Assembly: GCF_036321535.1 (NCBI RefSeq) | Contig: NC_087437.1 | Location: forward strand, 40,488,001-40,552,000 | Direction of reading: 5' to 3' | Length of the DNA: 64,000 nucleotides | Origin: Camelus dromedarius | Lineage: Eukaryota | Shown: positions 13,415 through 26,821 of the stretch, one piece after another | How the letters are laid out: every line of letters begins with the position of its first letter | Position numbering within the stretch: position 1 is the first letter of the stretch | The notes under the pieces: model-generated | What the model was told of the DNA's origin: nothing | The model's input: the letters and a program-made list of their open reading frames with translations, nothing else | The model's database searches: none | Program-made: the position numbers and the translations under genes

Positions 13415-14200
13415 TGTGAGATTGTTTAGTCCTTTTTTCTGGGACTATTGAGCTATCATGTGGTTTTGTGCTTTATTCTATTGATACGAGTTTTTACATT
13501 AATTAATTTTTAGATGTAAGCTAACCTTGCATTCCTGGGCAAAATCCCTCTTGGTTATGACATATAATCCTTTTTCATATGTTGCTAGATTCAATTTGCT
13601 AATATTTTATTAAGAAATTATGAATCTATACTCATAAACATGGTTCCCTTTAGTTCTTTAAACATAATACCTGCTTTGAAGTCTTAGCAGCATGCTAAGT
13701 CCAACACATGTATCTTCTCAAAGACAGCTTCTGTGTGTGTGGGTCCCATTGCCCTTTTCTTTGTATGATTCCTAATTTTTTTATTGCAAACCTACATCTC
13801 CATTGTAGCAACTCCAAAGACTGATCCAGGCTTGATGGAGGGCTGTTTGTCCTTCTTGTTGCTTGCTTGTTTATTTGTGAGTTGGCCAGACTAGATCAAT
13901 AGAGTCTATTTCCCCACTAATGTCTCTCCTCAGAGGGTGAAGCTTTGGCATACACATTGTCACCCTGACTCCTTGTCTTTCCCCTGGGCCGGGACCATAG
14001 TTTTAGTCAGGTTCTCTTTGTCTGTTTCCCTCATCTCTCTATCAAGCGTTTGGCTGGTTTGCCTTTATTGATATTACTCCCAGCTGTTAGCCTCTGCTAA
14101 TTGGCAACTGACTGCTCCGATGTTTTTGACAATGCCTTGAAGCATAAAATTGTCCTGCAGTCCAATCCAATGGTCATTTTTTAGCTATAATGTTCACCAG
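13415..14200 (-). mobile_element. Old L1 5'/internal fragment, inverted
   Basis: accttgcattcctgggc...ttgctagattcaatttgctaatattttatt (antisense ORF2-like) followed by L1M 5'-type sequence; ends in an 85-bp inverted copy of 12893-12977. Confidence 0.6.
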
Positions 14201-15378
14201 ACTTTTCAGCGGTGCTGGGACAACTGCATATCTACATGCAAAGAAATGAAAGTGGACCACTTATACTACACACAAAAATTAACTCAATATGGATCATAGA
14301 CCCAAATGCAAGAGTTTAACTATAAAATTCTTGAAGGAAACATAGTTGTAAATTTTCATGATTCTAGGTCAGGCAAAGTCTTCTTAAACACTAAAAGCAT
14401 AAGGAACAATAACAAAATAGATACATTTGACTTCCTTAAAATTAAAAAGTTTTGCGCTGCAAATGATACCTCTAAGAAAATGAAGATAATGCACAGAAAA
14501 GGACAAAATATTTGCAATCATCTAACAAGGAACATATTTCCAGAATATTTAAAAATTCTTACAACTTAATGAGAAGAGACAGATCACCTAATTTTAAAAC
14601 GGCCAAAGGATTTAAATTAATGTATCCAAAGGAAATATAGAAAGGGCAATGAAACATGAAAAGATGCTCAACATTGTTAGTCATTAATGAAAAGCAAATC
14701 AAAACTGCAATGAGATACCACTTTCACAACCACCAGGATTGTTATAATAAAGAAGATGGGTAATAGCAAGTGTTGGCAAGGATGTAAAGAAATTGGAACC
14801 CTAGTACACAGCTGGTACAAAAGTAAAATGGTATAGCCACTTTAGAAAACAGTTTGGCATTCCCTTAAGATGTTAAATACAGAATTATTGTCTGACCCAG
14901 CAATTCTACTCTTAGGTATATATCCAAAAGAATTAAAAACGTATTTCACACAAAAACTTACACATGAATGTTCATAGCAGCATTAGTATGGAATACCCAT
15001 ACAATGAAGTATTAGTCAGCCATATAGTAAATGAAGAACTATATACATATGATTCAACATGAATGAACCTTGAAAACATTATGCGAAAGAAGCCAGATAC
15101 AAAAGGTTATGCAATATATGATTGCATTTATACGAAATGTCCAGAATAGGAAAATTCATAGCGTCAGAAAGCACACCAGTGGTTGACAGAGGCTAAGGAG
15201 AATGGGGAGTTACTGCTAAAGCATGCATAGTTTCTTTTGAGGGGATGAAAGTCTGGAATTAGATAGTAGTAATGATTGCATAACTATGTGAATATACTAA
15301 AAACTATTGAATTGTACATTTTAAATGAATGAATTGTATGATATGTGAATTACACCTCAATAACACTATTAAAAAATT
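14201..15378 (+). mobile_element. L1M ORF2 3' end and 3' UTR
   Basis: acacaaaaattaactcaa.atggatcatagacc...aaagatgctcaacat...atgtgaattacacctcaataa; remnant KILEGNI...KID.FD..KIKKFCAANDT. Confidence 0.85.
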
Positions 15379-15623
15379 AAGGTCATGCTTTTCTTGGTAA
15401 TCACAAGTAACAGCTTTCATCATTCAGAAAAAGGAAAGGTATTTATATGGTGGGATTGATGCAAATTATCAATATTTATAGATTCTTGTTGATGACAAAG
15501 TAAACAATAAGCCTCCTCTGAAAACAATGATAATCTTCAGAGCATGTTATGAGGCCAGCGATGAAGGATTTTTCAAACTGCTAAGGAATAAGAATTCAAA
15601 ATGAAAAATTTTTCATACCTTAC

Positions 15624-15624
15624 T

Positions 15625-15668
<44 letters not shown>

Positions 15669-15672
15669 TTTA
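15624..15672. repeat. (TTTA)n microsatellite
   Basis: About 10 perfect TTTA units. Confidence 0.95.
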
Positions 15673-16208
15673 TTATACCTTTACCTTTTTAAATTTTCAT
15701 TTTCCATACAACATAAATTTCCTTTTCTAGAGCATTACATCATCTTTTAAATTTGTCACAAGCATACTAAAATTTCCATTAATCCAATTAAAATTTCAGT
15801 CTCACTTTGGAAATAGTTTATATTCCATAGCTAACTGATTCGTCTTTAACACGCTGATGCAGGTCCTGATGTTGCAAAAAACATCAGGACTAAGTTTTCA
15901 GCGGGGATTTTTATTAAGAACATAAAATCCAAGTTTGTGGCAGTTGAAGAACATCATACCAAGCTGTCACACATAACTCCGATGAGTCAATTCCCAAACC
16001 TATGTTATTATAATAAAGCAAGTTATTTCTTTGATTATTCCAACCCTTTAGCATGTGTTGGTACAAGGACTCTCGGAAGGGCTGGATTCATGCTTTCTGT
16101 CTTTGCACTTTTTGATAGAGCCAAGACCAGTGAAACGCCAGAGACTACACTGCAAGGACGTTTTCTTTATAATCCTTAGTTAACCGATATTAACAAAAAC
16201 AAATGCTA

Positions 16209-16254
16209 ATGGATGGATGGATGGATGGATGGATGGATGGATGGATGGATGGAT
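16209..16254. repeat. (GGAT)n microsatellite ~1.1 kb upstream of the ATG
   Basis: About 11 perfect units. Confidence 0.95.
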
Positions 16255-16479
16255 TGGCTAAATATTCATTGTGCCCTTGTTCCACGCAATGGTAATACAA
16301 AAGGACCAAGATATCGGGGCCGCGAAGGAAGAAAAGTCACTCTGTCATCGTATCTTCTAGTTGAGTTTCCTCCTTCATTACATTCATTATTACATGTGTT
16401 ACACACATTATATTAAATTCTTTCCATGAAAGAGACTATGCTGAGCTTGTAACCAAATTCCTTTTCCCCAAAAGGGCAC

Positions 16480-17720
16480 TGTATAATTGAGACGATTCAC
16501 GCAACTGGAAGGGAGAATTCACCAGAGAACAAAGTGTAGATCGTGACGAAACCCAATCATTTCCAGTGCCCTCAGATGCCCAACCTGGATTTAGGAGTTC
16601 CACGCCTACGACTGCCGGAGCACAAGCCGAAGATCGACCTTCAGCGAGAAGGCGGGGCGCTCTGCGCGTAAGGAACCTCGAGTCCCAGAATCCCATGGGG
16701 ACTCCAAATCCCAGAAACCCGCAGGGCGAACCTACTCCGGGTCCCAAGTCGGCTGACCGCGGGCGCGACCAAGTTAGGAAACTGGGGTGAGATGCCGCAG
16801 CATTAGTCCCCTACCATTTTCCTTGTAGGAAGAGGCTTTTACAGAACTAGACTTACCCGAATCTTCACATCCCCTCAGTCACAGTTTTCACGAAAGGTAC
16901 CCTGTCGGCGTATCTGATGTGATGGTCAGCGTCCCCATCCTCTCTCCCCCTTACCTTTGCCCCCCGTAAGAATGGTTCAGCCGGGCATTGAGGTTCCTTG
17001 AGTTGGATCGATGGTTGCACCCGCCCTCCCGCGGAATGTGGGGCTTTGGAGCGAGCGAGGTGGGAGGGGCGGAGGCGGGAGGCGTGCTAGGCCCGGGCGG
17101 CGGTAGAGGCAGTGGCCGCCGCGGACGGTGGGAGGAGCCGCGCGGTTCCGGCTGCCCCGGCGAGGCGACCCTTGGGTCCGCGCCGCGGGCGGGGAGGACA
17201 GGTAGGCGAGCGGGCAGCCGCGGCTACGGGAGCGGCTCGGGCTGCGGAGTCCCGGACCGCGCCTGGCGCGCCCCCCGCACCCTCGGCCTCCGGCGTTGAG
17301 GCGGGGGAGTAAGGAGATGCCGACCCAGAGAGACAGCAGTACCATGTCTCACCCAATCGCAGGCGGCGGCAGCGGGGACCATTCTCACCAGGTCCGGGTG
17401 AAAGCCTACTACCGCGGGTGAGTATCGTGGGGTAGGGGTGACGGTGGGAGGGCGGGGGAAGGCCGGCTCCACTTGGCCTGGAGGAGGGGCCGGTGAGAGG
17501 CTGGAGATGTGGGAGAGTTGATCAGGGCGGGCAACTCCGGGGACTCGGGATGGGGGACCGAGTGGTTGGGGGAGGAGCATGGAGCGCTGGATTGGGGCAC
17601 CCCCAAGGTGTAGTGCTGGGCGTCGGGGAGTCGCGCAGCTGAGGGTCCAGAGTAGGGTCCGAGGGAGGAGCCTTCGAGAAGAGTAGGTTCACCTGGTGAG
17701 TTCGAGAGCCTCGCCTGCTA
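16480..17720 (+). promoter_or_regulatory. CpG-island, TATA-less promoter and 5' UTR of PRKCI
   Basis: Sharp rise in GC and CpG against the AT-rich flanks; GC box GGGGCGGAGG near 17066-17075; CCAAT near 16553; overlaps exon 1. Confidence 0.9.
17317..17417 (+). CDS. PRKCI: PRKCI coding exon 1
   Basis: ATG at 17317: [33 protein letters not shown](G); donor GG|gtgagt; second in-frame ATG at 17344. Confidence 0.97.
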
Positions 17721-20700
17721 AGAGATTTACAAGAGCTTTACGTCTCTTTAAGCCTGGATGTGTTTGGGGTTGAGAATTGATTCTGAGTGATGCCTTAGTT
17801 AACTAAATTTACTGTGGATTTAGAAGACAGGAATGCTTCCGTTTGATGACCCTTTTGATTACCAGCAGGCCTAAAGCCTCTGGTTCTCTAAGTCAGGTTT
17901 ATCTTTATCTCATAGAAGAGTTCGCGACGTGTATCTGGACTGTGGTCAGGCTGACAGTATGTTAGCCATAGGAATTATTATTTAAGTGAACTTGATGCCT
18001 TTTCAGGGATATACGTTAGGTCTCGCCAAGATTAGGTTACACATGTAGTGTAAATTAAAAATTGTGAACGCTTCTTTGTCAGCGTTGCTTCAAGGACTGT
18101 CTCATAGGTTGAGGTATTGCGGGAAGAGGACGAGCCTAGGCAGTTTTTAAATCTGTGATCTTTACTCATATTATTACCTAAGTTATAACTACTGTGGTTA
18201 CCAGAAATAATCCAGTCCTAAAATCGTTAGGTCATATTCTGTAATCAGTGATTTGAAGTGTCCCTCTTCTCTTGAATTCAGCTGTGGTTTGAAATTTCTT
18301 TGAGATAATTACATTTTGGAGCATTAGAAAGGTGAAATGTTAGTGAGCATAAAGGTTTGAAACTAAGAGTTAACAGAAAACCTGACCACTTGGCCTGTCT
18401 GCTTGTCCAAGCAGAAGTAAGTTCCTTTAAAAAAAACTCAAGCACTAGGAGGTTGAAACTGCAATGCATACTTTTACATTCCTGAGAGGATCAGTGAAGA
18501 TACCAAACTTTCAAAATGCCTCTCTTGTTTTGATTTCAAAGCAAATAGAAACCCCTAAATGTTTTATTGATTTGATATAAAGATTTACTAGTTTGGTTGC
18601 TGCCGTGAAGTCTCTGACCTCTCTGTTCATTAGCTTGACTGTATTCAGGAGTAGTTCAGAGGAGTTATTTCAGACAGTAGCAGTGTTTTTACTTAAATTG
18701 ATCACAGAGGTCTTGATTTTAAAACAAGAGCTATGATATGTACTTAGCACTGTGGGGAAAAAAGCTTTGCTTCCTATTACCTTACCTTTAATTTGACAGA
18801 TGAGATATTTCACTTTAAAACCCATTGTATTTTAGAAAGTTGACTGTGACTTGTTAGGTGCAGAGGATGAAATATAGTACATTTTCCTTTTTTAAAATGG
18901 TATCTGATTATTGACAGTTTAGAAAGCTAGATTAAAAAATGAATATACGCACATGGTAGGAGAGTGCAAATTGTACAGAAGTATAAAATAAAAAGTGTTC
19001 CCCATCAAGTCTTCCCAACCTCCAGAGGTAACTACTGTTGGCAGTGTATTTCCAGTTCTTCTGGAGGTTACCTTTATTACTTTAAAAGTTATACTTCTGT
19101 TTTCTGATTTATCAACTTTAAGTGATATTTATTGATTCCTTCATCTGAAAGATGAGAAATTGGGTGCACATTCATTTTGCTTCCTCACCACCTGATGCCT
19201 CTCAATTTTTGATTGTTAAAACCATTTTTTTAGTTCTCTGGTTTACCTTTCTGACTTTAAATAATATAAATTCTTGATTTTTAAAATTTAGTTTCCAATA
19301 ATTCCAACTATGAAACATCAAGAAACTAGTGCTTCCTTTTTTTCCCCACTTTTATTAGTTTGACAAATGTAAATAGACCTAGTTAATAAATTAAAATCAC
19401 TGTGAGCGTCTCCTTTGGAAAGAAATTGAAACTTTAGAATATAGATATATTTTCTTGGCTTATTCCTCCAATTATTTTTGAAAAGGGAGGGTAGGGACTT
19501 AATAAACCTATTAGTGCTTGACTGAAATGTTTCTAAGACATCCAAGTTAACCTTTATTTTGGTTTCTAAAAACCTATGAATTCTGCTAAGGAATGAATCA
19601 ACCCTTTGCTCTTCAGTGCTTTCATCCAATGAAAACTTTCTAGTAGTGCCTTCATTGCAAGCTTCATTTAAAGACAACATCAGCACTCTCTAAACTGTAC
19701 CAATTTCTGTCCTCTGAAATTAGGTCTGTTAAGATTGTATGTTTATTAACAATAGTCTCAACTGATGGTATGATGTACACAGTCAGCTGCTCATTACTAC
19801 AGATGAAACTAAAATGAGTCACCAATGAGGATAGTTAAACAGGTTGGCTAACTAGAATACCTGCCTGATTTTAAAGTAGAAAATTCTTCCTTTACTATCA
19901 GGAAATATAAAGGACAGTCTACATTTGAAAAAGTTTTTTTTTTCCTTCAGTTCAGCTGAATGGCCATTATCAGAAAGCTTTACCCTTATCCCCTTCTAAC
20001 AATACTTCTTTCCAGTGAATATTGAAATCTTGGAATAGTCAGGATTTTTTAGTGAATAAATTGCCCTCTCCTTTCCATGATGGGTTTAGTGTTCTCATTC
20101 TGTTAAATTTGTTCTTTGTGCAAATGTGATGTCTCCCAAGATATAACAGATTATTCAATTAGACTTCTAGTCTTTACGCAGAAGATTAATAGCACTGAGA
20201 ATCTGATTTTATTGGAGACCACCTAAGAGTGCCTGTCTCCTGGCCTGTACTCCTCTTTCCTCACCACGGGAGCTTGTCAATGAGTGGCCTGCTTTCCTTC
20301 AATCATTACCTAGTGGTGTTAGTTTGGAGGAGGAGAAACAGGTTTTGTGGGTTAGTGATAGATTGCCATTGTGTTGCTATCCTTATATGAAGTTACTTGA
20401 TATTATGGGATAGAATTTAACAAGGAAATCTCTGAACTGCTCATTTCTTTACAGTCTATAAACGTATGGGAAATTTTGCAAAAAACTTGTGAAAGTACTT
20501 CTTAATCCACTGCTGTTGAGCCGTTACGACAATCCAGAGGATTCTTTCTGTGCATGTGTACAAGTCGGAAGAGATGAACGCCTGGCATATGTGGAAATGT
20601 ATAGCTGGTTCAGTGATGAAGTATGCAGGGTTTTTATCACTGCAAACAAGTCTTGGCAAGACTTGTTTTTAAAAGTATTGCAAAATAATTTTAGCGATAC

Positions 20701-23700
20701 ACTTGAGTAATGGTTCTGAGGAAATAAAAATAATATATTCAGTTGAGAGTTGGGGTAGTGTTATTGGTCCTGGAGCTTCTGGAGTAGGGCACCTAACCAC
20801 AGGGCAGCTGAGCTGTAGCTTTACCAGCCAGAGACAAAGGACATGGTGGCCTGGCGCCAAAACCAAAACAGCCCTCTCAGAAGTTCGGATTAGATAATAT
20901 GGAGATAAATTGCTTGTTAGCAGTGAGGACTGAAGCTGAAGAGTTTAGGGAGAGGCAAGTGAGGCCAGGACCGCCCATGTGCAAACTAAAGGGCTAAGGA
21001 AACGGAGGAGAAAAAGGCAGCTCTTTCCTGAAAAAATTTTCCTAGATGGCTTTCAAGTACAGCTCCCAAACCTCTTTTTAAGGTAACTTGAGTGTCTTTT
21101 TTTTAATGGTTGAAATGAGCCTAGTTAAAACATGAATTATAAAAATTCCAGTCTTATTTAGGATCTCACATTTTACCAAAGCGTGTTTAAATTCAGATTA
21201 ATAAATGTTGTTGAATACCTACTATAAGCCAGGCACATGGTGCTAAGGGTAGGCGCAGAGGATGCTAAGCTGGAGAGTACAAGGCTCTGCTTGTGAAGAA
21301 CTAAGAGATTTGTTGGAGGAGAAACTTAGAAGAGTTAATAAAAGTGTGTGTGTGTATGTAAGGTATGTGCAAGAGTGGCTATTGGGGAGGAGTTTGGGGT
21401 GAGGGAAGCCCTCCTAGATGGTGAAAAGTTTGAGGCTTTTAAAGGATAAGTAGGTTTGTCTCGTGGATTATAATGTTGGGTGGGAGGTCATTCCAAGCAT
21501 TGCACAACTGCAGGGTATGTTTGGGGAATTAAGATCAGTTTAGTTGTCAGTCCCATAGTCATTCCTCACTAGGACGTAAAACGCAAAGTGGCCACTGATG
21601 AAAAGTGAGCTAAAAAGAGGGATCACAGGCACTAGATCATGAAGACGCCAGAATATTATAGTTCGTGCTTCAGACTTTTTTACATAGGTGAAGATTTTAA
21701 GTAAGGAGGATGCATGATTAGATTAATTAGCGATGGATGGAGATGAATTAGCGATCGATGAGACTAATCTGGAGGCTTTGGAAGTAGTCCAGGTGAAAAA
21801 TTCTGAGGAGTTGGAAAAGAGGGTATGGATTCAGTGACGATTTTAGGGTGTAGAATCAATATGAATTTGAGATGGGTTGCCTGTGGGGAAGAGGGAAGGG
21901 GTCTGACAACTCACAGACTTATTATTTGGAGAGAGATTAGGGAATACAGAAGGAAGAGATTTACGAGGAAAGGTAATTACTTACCTGGAACAGGTAACCG
22001 AGTTTTGAGTTCAAGGTGCTTTGGGAACATCCAGGTGGAAATGCCCAGAATTAGCTGAACAATTGCTCCCTGTGCGCCTGCTCTGTGTCCTCAGCACTTG
22101 TGCAGGCCAGCTAACCTGTGTGGGAATGTGGCCGAGAATGATGATAGAAACAAAAATGCCACCAGTGGCCAAATACAGATCTCAAAGACAAGGCACTAAA
22201 AGTGAATTTTAAAAATACAGAAATACATAAAGCAGAAAGTTCCCTCTGTAGCCTCTCACCCCCACTTCTGGAGGGTAGCCGTAAAAACCCCATTAACAGT
22301 TTGGGATATTCTATAGTGTATCAATATATCTTTAAGCATATGCACAGACACACCCTTTTATTTCTCCAGTAAATGTGTTTGTGTTTCTATACATGTTTCT
22401 GTAACTAGAGTTTTTTCATTCATGGTCATTTTTCCATGTCAGGATAGACAGATTAGGAGATAGATACATATAGGTAGGTAGAATGATCCACCTCTTTCTT
22501 TATAATTGGTACATAGTGTCCCATAGTGTTGTTATACCATAATTTAATCTTTTTTCTGATTGATGAACTTTCATTAAATCACTACTTCAAATCATGTTGA
22601 AAGAACATCCTTATATTTAGTATATACTCTTGCAAACATGGTCACATATGCCTGTTATAAACCTTGATATTGTTCTCCAAAAGCTTATCAATTTACATTG
22701 CCAACAACAGTGTAGGAAGGAAGCATTTTCCTTATGCTTCCATTGCATGTTTATTGGTCTTTTACATGTTTGCAAAAAAGATTAGCAAAAAATGCTAACT
22801 TTTTTTTTTTTTACACAGTATTCAGAGGAAGATATCATTATCTCCATTTTGTGGATGATAACATTGAGGCTTAGTGAAACCAGAATACAAAACTGAGTTT
22901 TACCCTTCAGAGAAATTTCTCTTTTCTCATATTGATGGGGCTTTTTAAGATTACTTTTTTCTTTATTGTCAGATTCATAACTGTGAAAGTTTTTCTTTTT
23001 GAGTCAATTTTCTATTTCCTTCATTATTAAAATATGAAAGTTGCTTTATGGCTTTTTTATAATTAACAATTAATTTGAGAGGTGATAGTTTGAGATTGTA
23101 TGCCTGTCCTGTTTCCTCAAAACCCAGTGATTTTACCATCTGTGGTAAATCTTATTACATTGGTGATCACAAATAAAGCTTTTTTTTCTGATTATACAAT
23201 ATTTAACTTAGGAGAAATGTTTGCATTGAGACAGCAGAAGGACTGAATATGGTTCTTTTTCAGGTTTATTTTTAAAAGCAGTCCTAAGGAAAAACTTTAG
23301 ATTCAGTATTTTAGAACATAGGAACATAATGAATGCTTAAAACAGTGTGACTTCTGAAGCCCAACAGCAAAATTAAAAATGCTTTTTTTTCTTTTTCTAA
23401 AATTCAGTTAAAACTATGTCTAAATTTGCCATTTTGGGTATCATTGTGGTGAAGCAGACTGTATTCTGTCGAAGACCAGCGGTAAGATAATTTATACCAA
23501 CACTGATGTTAAAACCAGGAAAAAAAAACTTCCATGCATAATTTGTTTTGTACCTTTAGAAGTAATATCTCTATTTTGCAGCTTATTTTTAGCTTTGGTA
23601 CTATAATAAGGATCTGGAGATTGTGGGATGTGTGAACATGGTGCTTTCCCAATTACTTAGAGAAATGTTTATAAAAAACTCCCTTAAATGTTTTAGTTCC

Positions 23701-24549
23701 TGGAACTTAAGGAGTGGCAGTTGAGAAAGCATGAGTTCTTTTTGAGTCTCTTTAAGATGTACTTAAGATTTTTTTAAGGATTACACAGATTTTTTTAAAT
23801 ATTTGTATGTTCTGATAAATATTTCAACAGCTCTCGAAAAATAAGATTTCTGATAAATCCCTGTTGTTTACAGACATGCTTACATATGTATCAATTTCAA
23901 CTACCTGTGGACCTTAAAAAGGAAGTCATATTTTGATGATATCTGATCATACTAATTTTTTGCCTCTTGCATTCAAAAAAGATAATACCACACTTGTTCT
24001 TTGCCAGAAAAATTCGAAGCCTTTCCTTCTCTTCTGATTTTATTCTAAGATATATACTCCCAACCCTCACCTCCTCATACTAGTAGTCTTGAGGGTATTT
24101 TGAAAGAAAAATTTATTTAAGACAAGCAGGCTCCCTTTTAATGTCACTAGAAGAAGGAACTATTTTATAATTTTCTTTTTAAAAAATAAAAATTTTACAT
24201 ATTTAAATCAATTTTATTTACTACCGTCATTTAAAATTTGTTTTATATTGTATTTATATTTTATTAAAAAGCAAAATTTATCGTAAGATCATACCTTTAC
24301 ATGGTGGTAGAAAAACTAATAGTAATCTATACCATTCAGAAGGGTTTAAGTACACAGTACATCTTCTTTCTGTCTTTAGTCTTCCCCAATCCCACCACCT
24401 AGAACTACTGTTACAATGTTGTTTTCCTTTATTATATCTGCTGATCAATATGAAAGATGAGGAATTTAGCACTTCTTCATTGCCTCCTCTCCTGACTATT
24501 TTTAGTTTTTCTTGTTACATTTATAACTTAAATGATACCTTCTCCTGCT

Positions 24550-25560
24550 TTTCTTTTTTAATTGTGGTAAAAAATTTAAATTGACCATCTTAACCTTTTT
24601 TTTTTTTTTTTTTTTTTTTTGAGGGAAGGTAATTAGGTTTAGTTATTTATTTTTTGGAGGACGTACTGGGGATTGAACCCAGGACCTTGTGCATGCTAAG
24701 CATGCGCTCTACCACTTAAGCTATACCTTCCCCCCGTTAACCATTTTTAAGTGTACAATTCAATAGTGCTAACTATATTCACTATGTTATGTGACCAATC
24801 TCCAGAACTTTTTCATTTTGCAAAACTGAAGCTCTATACTGACAACGCTCTTATTCCACCTCCCCCCCTCCAGCAACTACTGTTCTGTTTTCTGTTTCTA
24901 TGAATTTGACTACTCTAGATACTTCATATAAATGGAGTCATACGGGATTTGTCTTTTTGTGACTGGCCTATTTCACTTAGCATAATGTCTTCAAGGTTCA
25001 TCCATATTGTAGCATGTGTTAGAATTTCCTTTCTTTTTAATGCTGAATAATACTTCTTTGTGTTTATATATCACATTTTATTTATCTGTTCATCTGTCAG
25101 TGGACACTTGGGTTGCTTCCACCTTTTGGCTATTGTGAATAATGCTGCTATGAATGTAGGTGTACAAATATCTATTGGATTCCCTGCTTTCAATTCTTCT
25201 GAGTATATATACACCTAGAAGTGGAATTGCTGGATCATATGGAAATTCTATTTTTAACTTTCTGAGGAACTTTCATACAGTTTTCTATAGTTGCCACACC
25301 ATTTCAGATTCCTACCAACAGTGCACAAGGTGCCTATTGCTCCGTATCCTTGAAAACATTTGTTGTTCTGGGTTTTTTTTGGTAGTAGGCATCCTAATAG
25401 ATGTGAGGTGATGTTTCGTTAACATTTTGATCTGCATTTCTCTAATGATTAGTGTTAGTGAACATTTTTTCTAGAGCTTGTTGGCCATTTGTTCATCCTC
25501 TTTGGAGAAATGTCTGTTTAGGTTCTTTGCCCATTTTTTAATTTGGGTTATTTTTTTTTC
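24550..25560 (-). mobile_element. L1MB-like 3' fragment (host of a SINE)
   Basis: gtggaattgctggatcatatgg...ctttggagaaatgtct; minus-strand remnant IKKWAKNLNRHFSKED.QMANK. Confidence 0.85.
24596..24736 (-). mobile_element. Young tRNA-Ala-derived SINE with 25-nt pure poly(A)
   Basis: T25 at 24596-24620; tRNA head; TSD TTAACC (24590-24595, 24737-24742); inserted in an L1. Confidence 0.92.
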
Positions 25561-26821
25561 TTGTTCCCTGCTTTTATTTTTAAATATTAGTTTTAGATAA
25601 GAGTGTTGACTCCGCTGGGAAAGAGACATTTTTGAATTTATACTTCCTTTCACTTTCTCTACATCTTGATTTTTCTTGGTAATTTTTACATTGTAAAGTT
25701 TTATAACACTGTTCTTTTAACTCATAAATTTTTCTTTAAAGCAAATTTAAAAAACACTTGTAATAAATGCTTATGTATGTGTCATGTCCTTGAAAAGCCA
25801 AGAGGTATGATTAGATGGTTAAAGAACGAGAAGTAATCTTGTGTCAATAAAATTTCTCTCTTTTAAGAGTTTCTCTTAACTTTGGTTTTGGGGGCTGGTA
25901 TGTTTTCTCTGCCAATTTTATACCATCTGTTTTCAGTCATTTAGGATTTTCTCATACTTTCTGGTCTACTGCTGGTCCCTTTTTTGTTTTATAAGACTTT
26001 GATAAATTTGTTGTTTCAGTTTTCTGTCATTTTAGTGGGCCCTTAGGATGAAAGGATATAGATTTGTGTTCCCTCCACCATATTAAACCAGAAGCATCTG
26101 TAGGTTGTTTTTAGAAGGTTGTATTATTTTTATTGTTCTAATAAGGTTTCACGTCTATTTAAAGTGTTGTAGGATACATGTTTTAAAATTTATTCAACAC
26201 ATATGGAGTGTGATATATGCTCAGTACTATTCTGAGTACTATAAATATTAATTCACTTAATCCATTAACGCCTTATAACATAGGAAATATTATTATTCCC
26301 ATTTTGTAGGTAAGGAAATTGAGCCACAGAGAAGTAACTCACCTAAGTGATAGAGCCTGGATTCAGACCCAAGCATACTGGCTTTAGCTCTCATGGTCTT
26401 AACCATTATTCTGTGACTGTCTAATATATGTCATTACTCCTTTGTGAAAAGCTTTTTATGCTTACATTTTCTCACGCTTTCTTTAGAGTCCATTCACTCA
26501 ACAATTATTAATTGAACATTTACTGTCGGCCAGATGCTGCTTCAGATACTGGTGATAACAGCAATGAGCAAAACAAAATGCCTGCTCTCATGAATTTTAC
26601 ATTTAGCTGGGGGAGACAGACTGTAAAATATGTATAATTTATACATGCCAGCAATTTATTTTCTCTGAAGAATAAAAAAAAATTAACTAGCTTCATGTGC
26701 TATAGAGTAAACTGATTTAGTCTCTGAAACAAGGATTACAGTTTTCATTAGCCAATCTCTTGAAAGTAAGATTGACTGTATTTATGCATTATGTTTTTGT
26801 CAAACAGTATCATCTGATAAT

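Noticed and set aside
15615..15685. (TTTA)n as a tail-only SINE insertion with flanks ATACCTTAC/ATACCTTTAC
   Set aside because: Plausible but indistinguishable from an ordinary microsatellite without an empty-site alignment.
16977..17606. Several overlapping Arg/Pro/Ala-rich ORFs on both strands
   Set aside because: Expected from stop-codon scarcity in a CpG island; no recognisable protein.
19318..19686. 122-aa minus-strand intronic ORF
   Set aside because: No recognisable domain, splice context or paralog; consistent with chance.
20440..20700. Acceptor-like ctcatttctttacag followed by a short ORF
   Set aside because: No matching donor and no PRKCI-related peptide; the canonical exon chain is complete without it.
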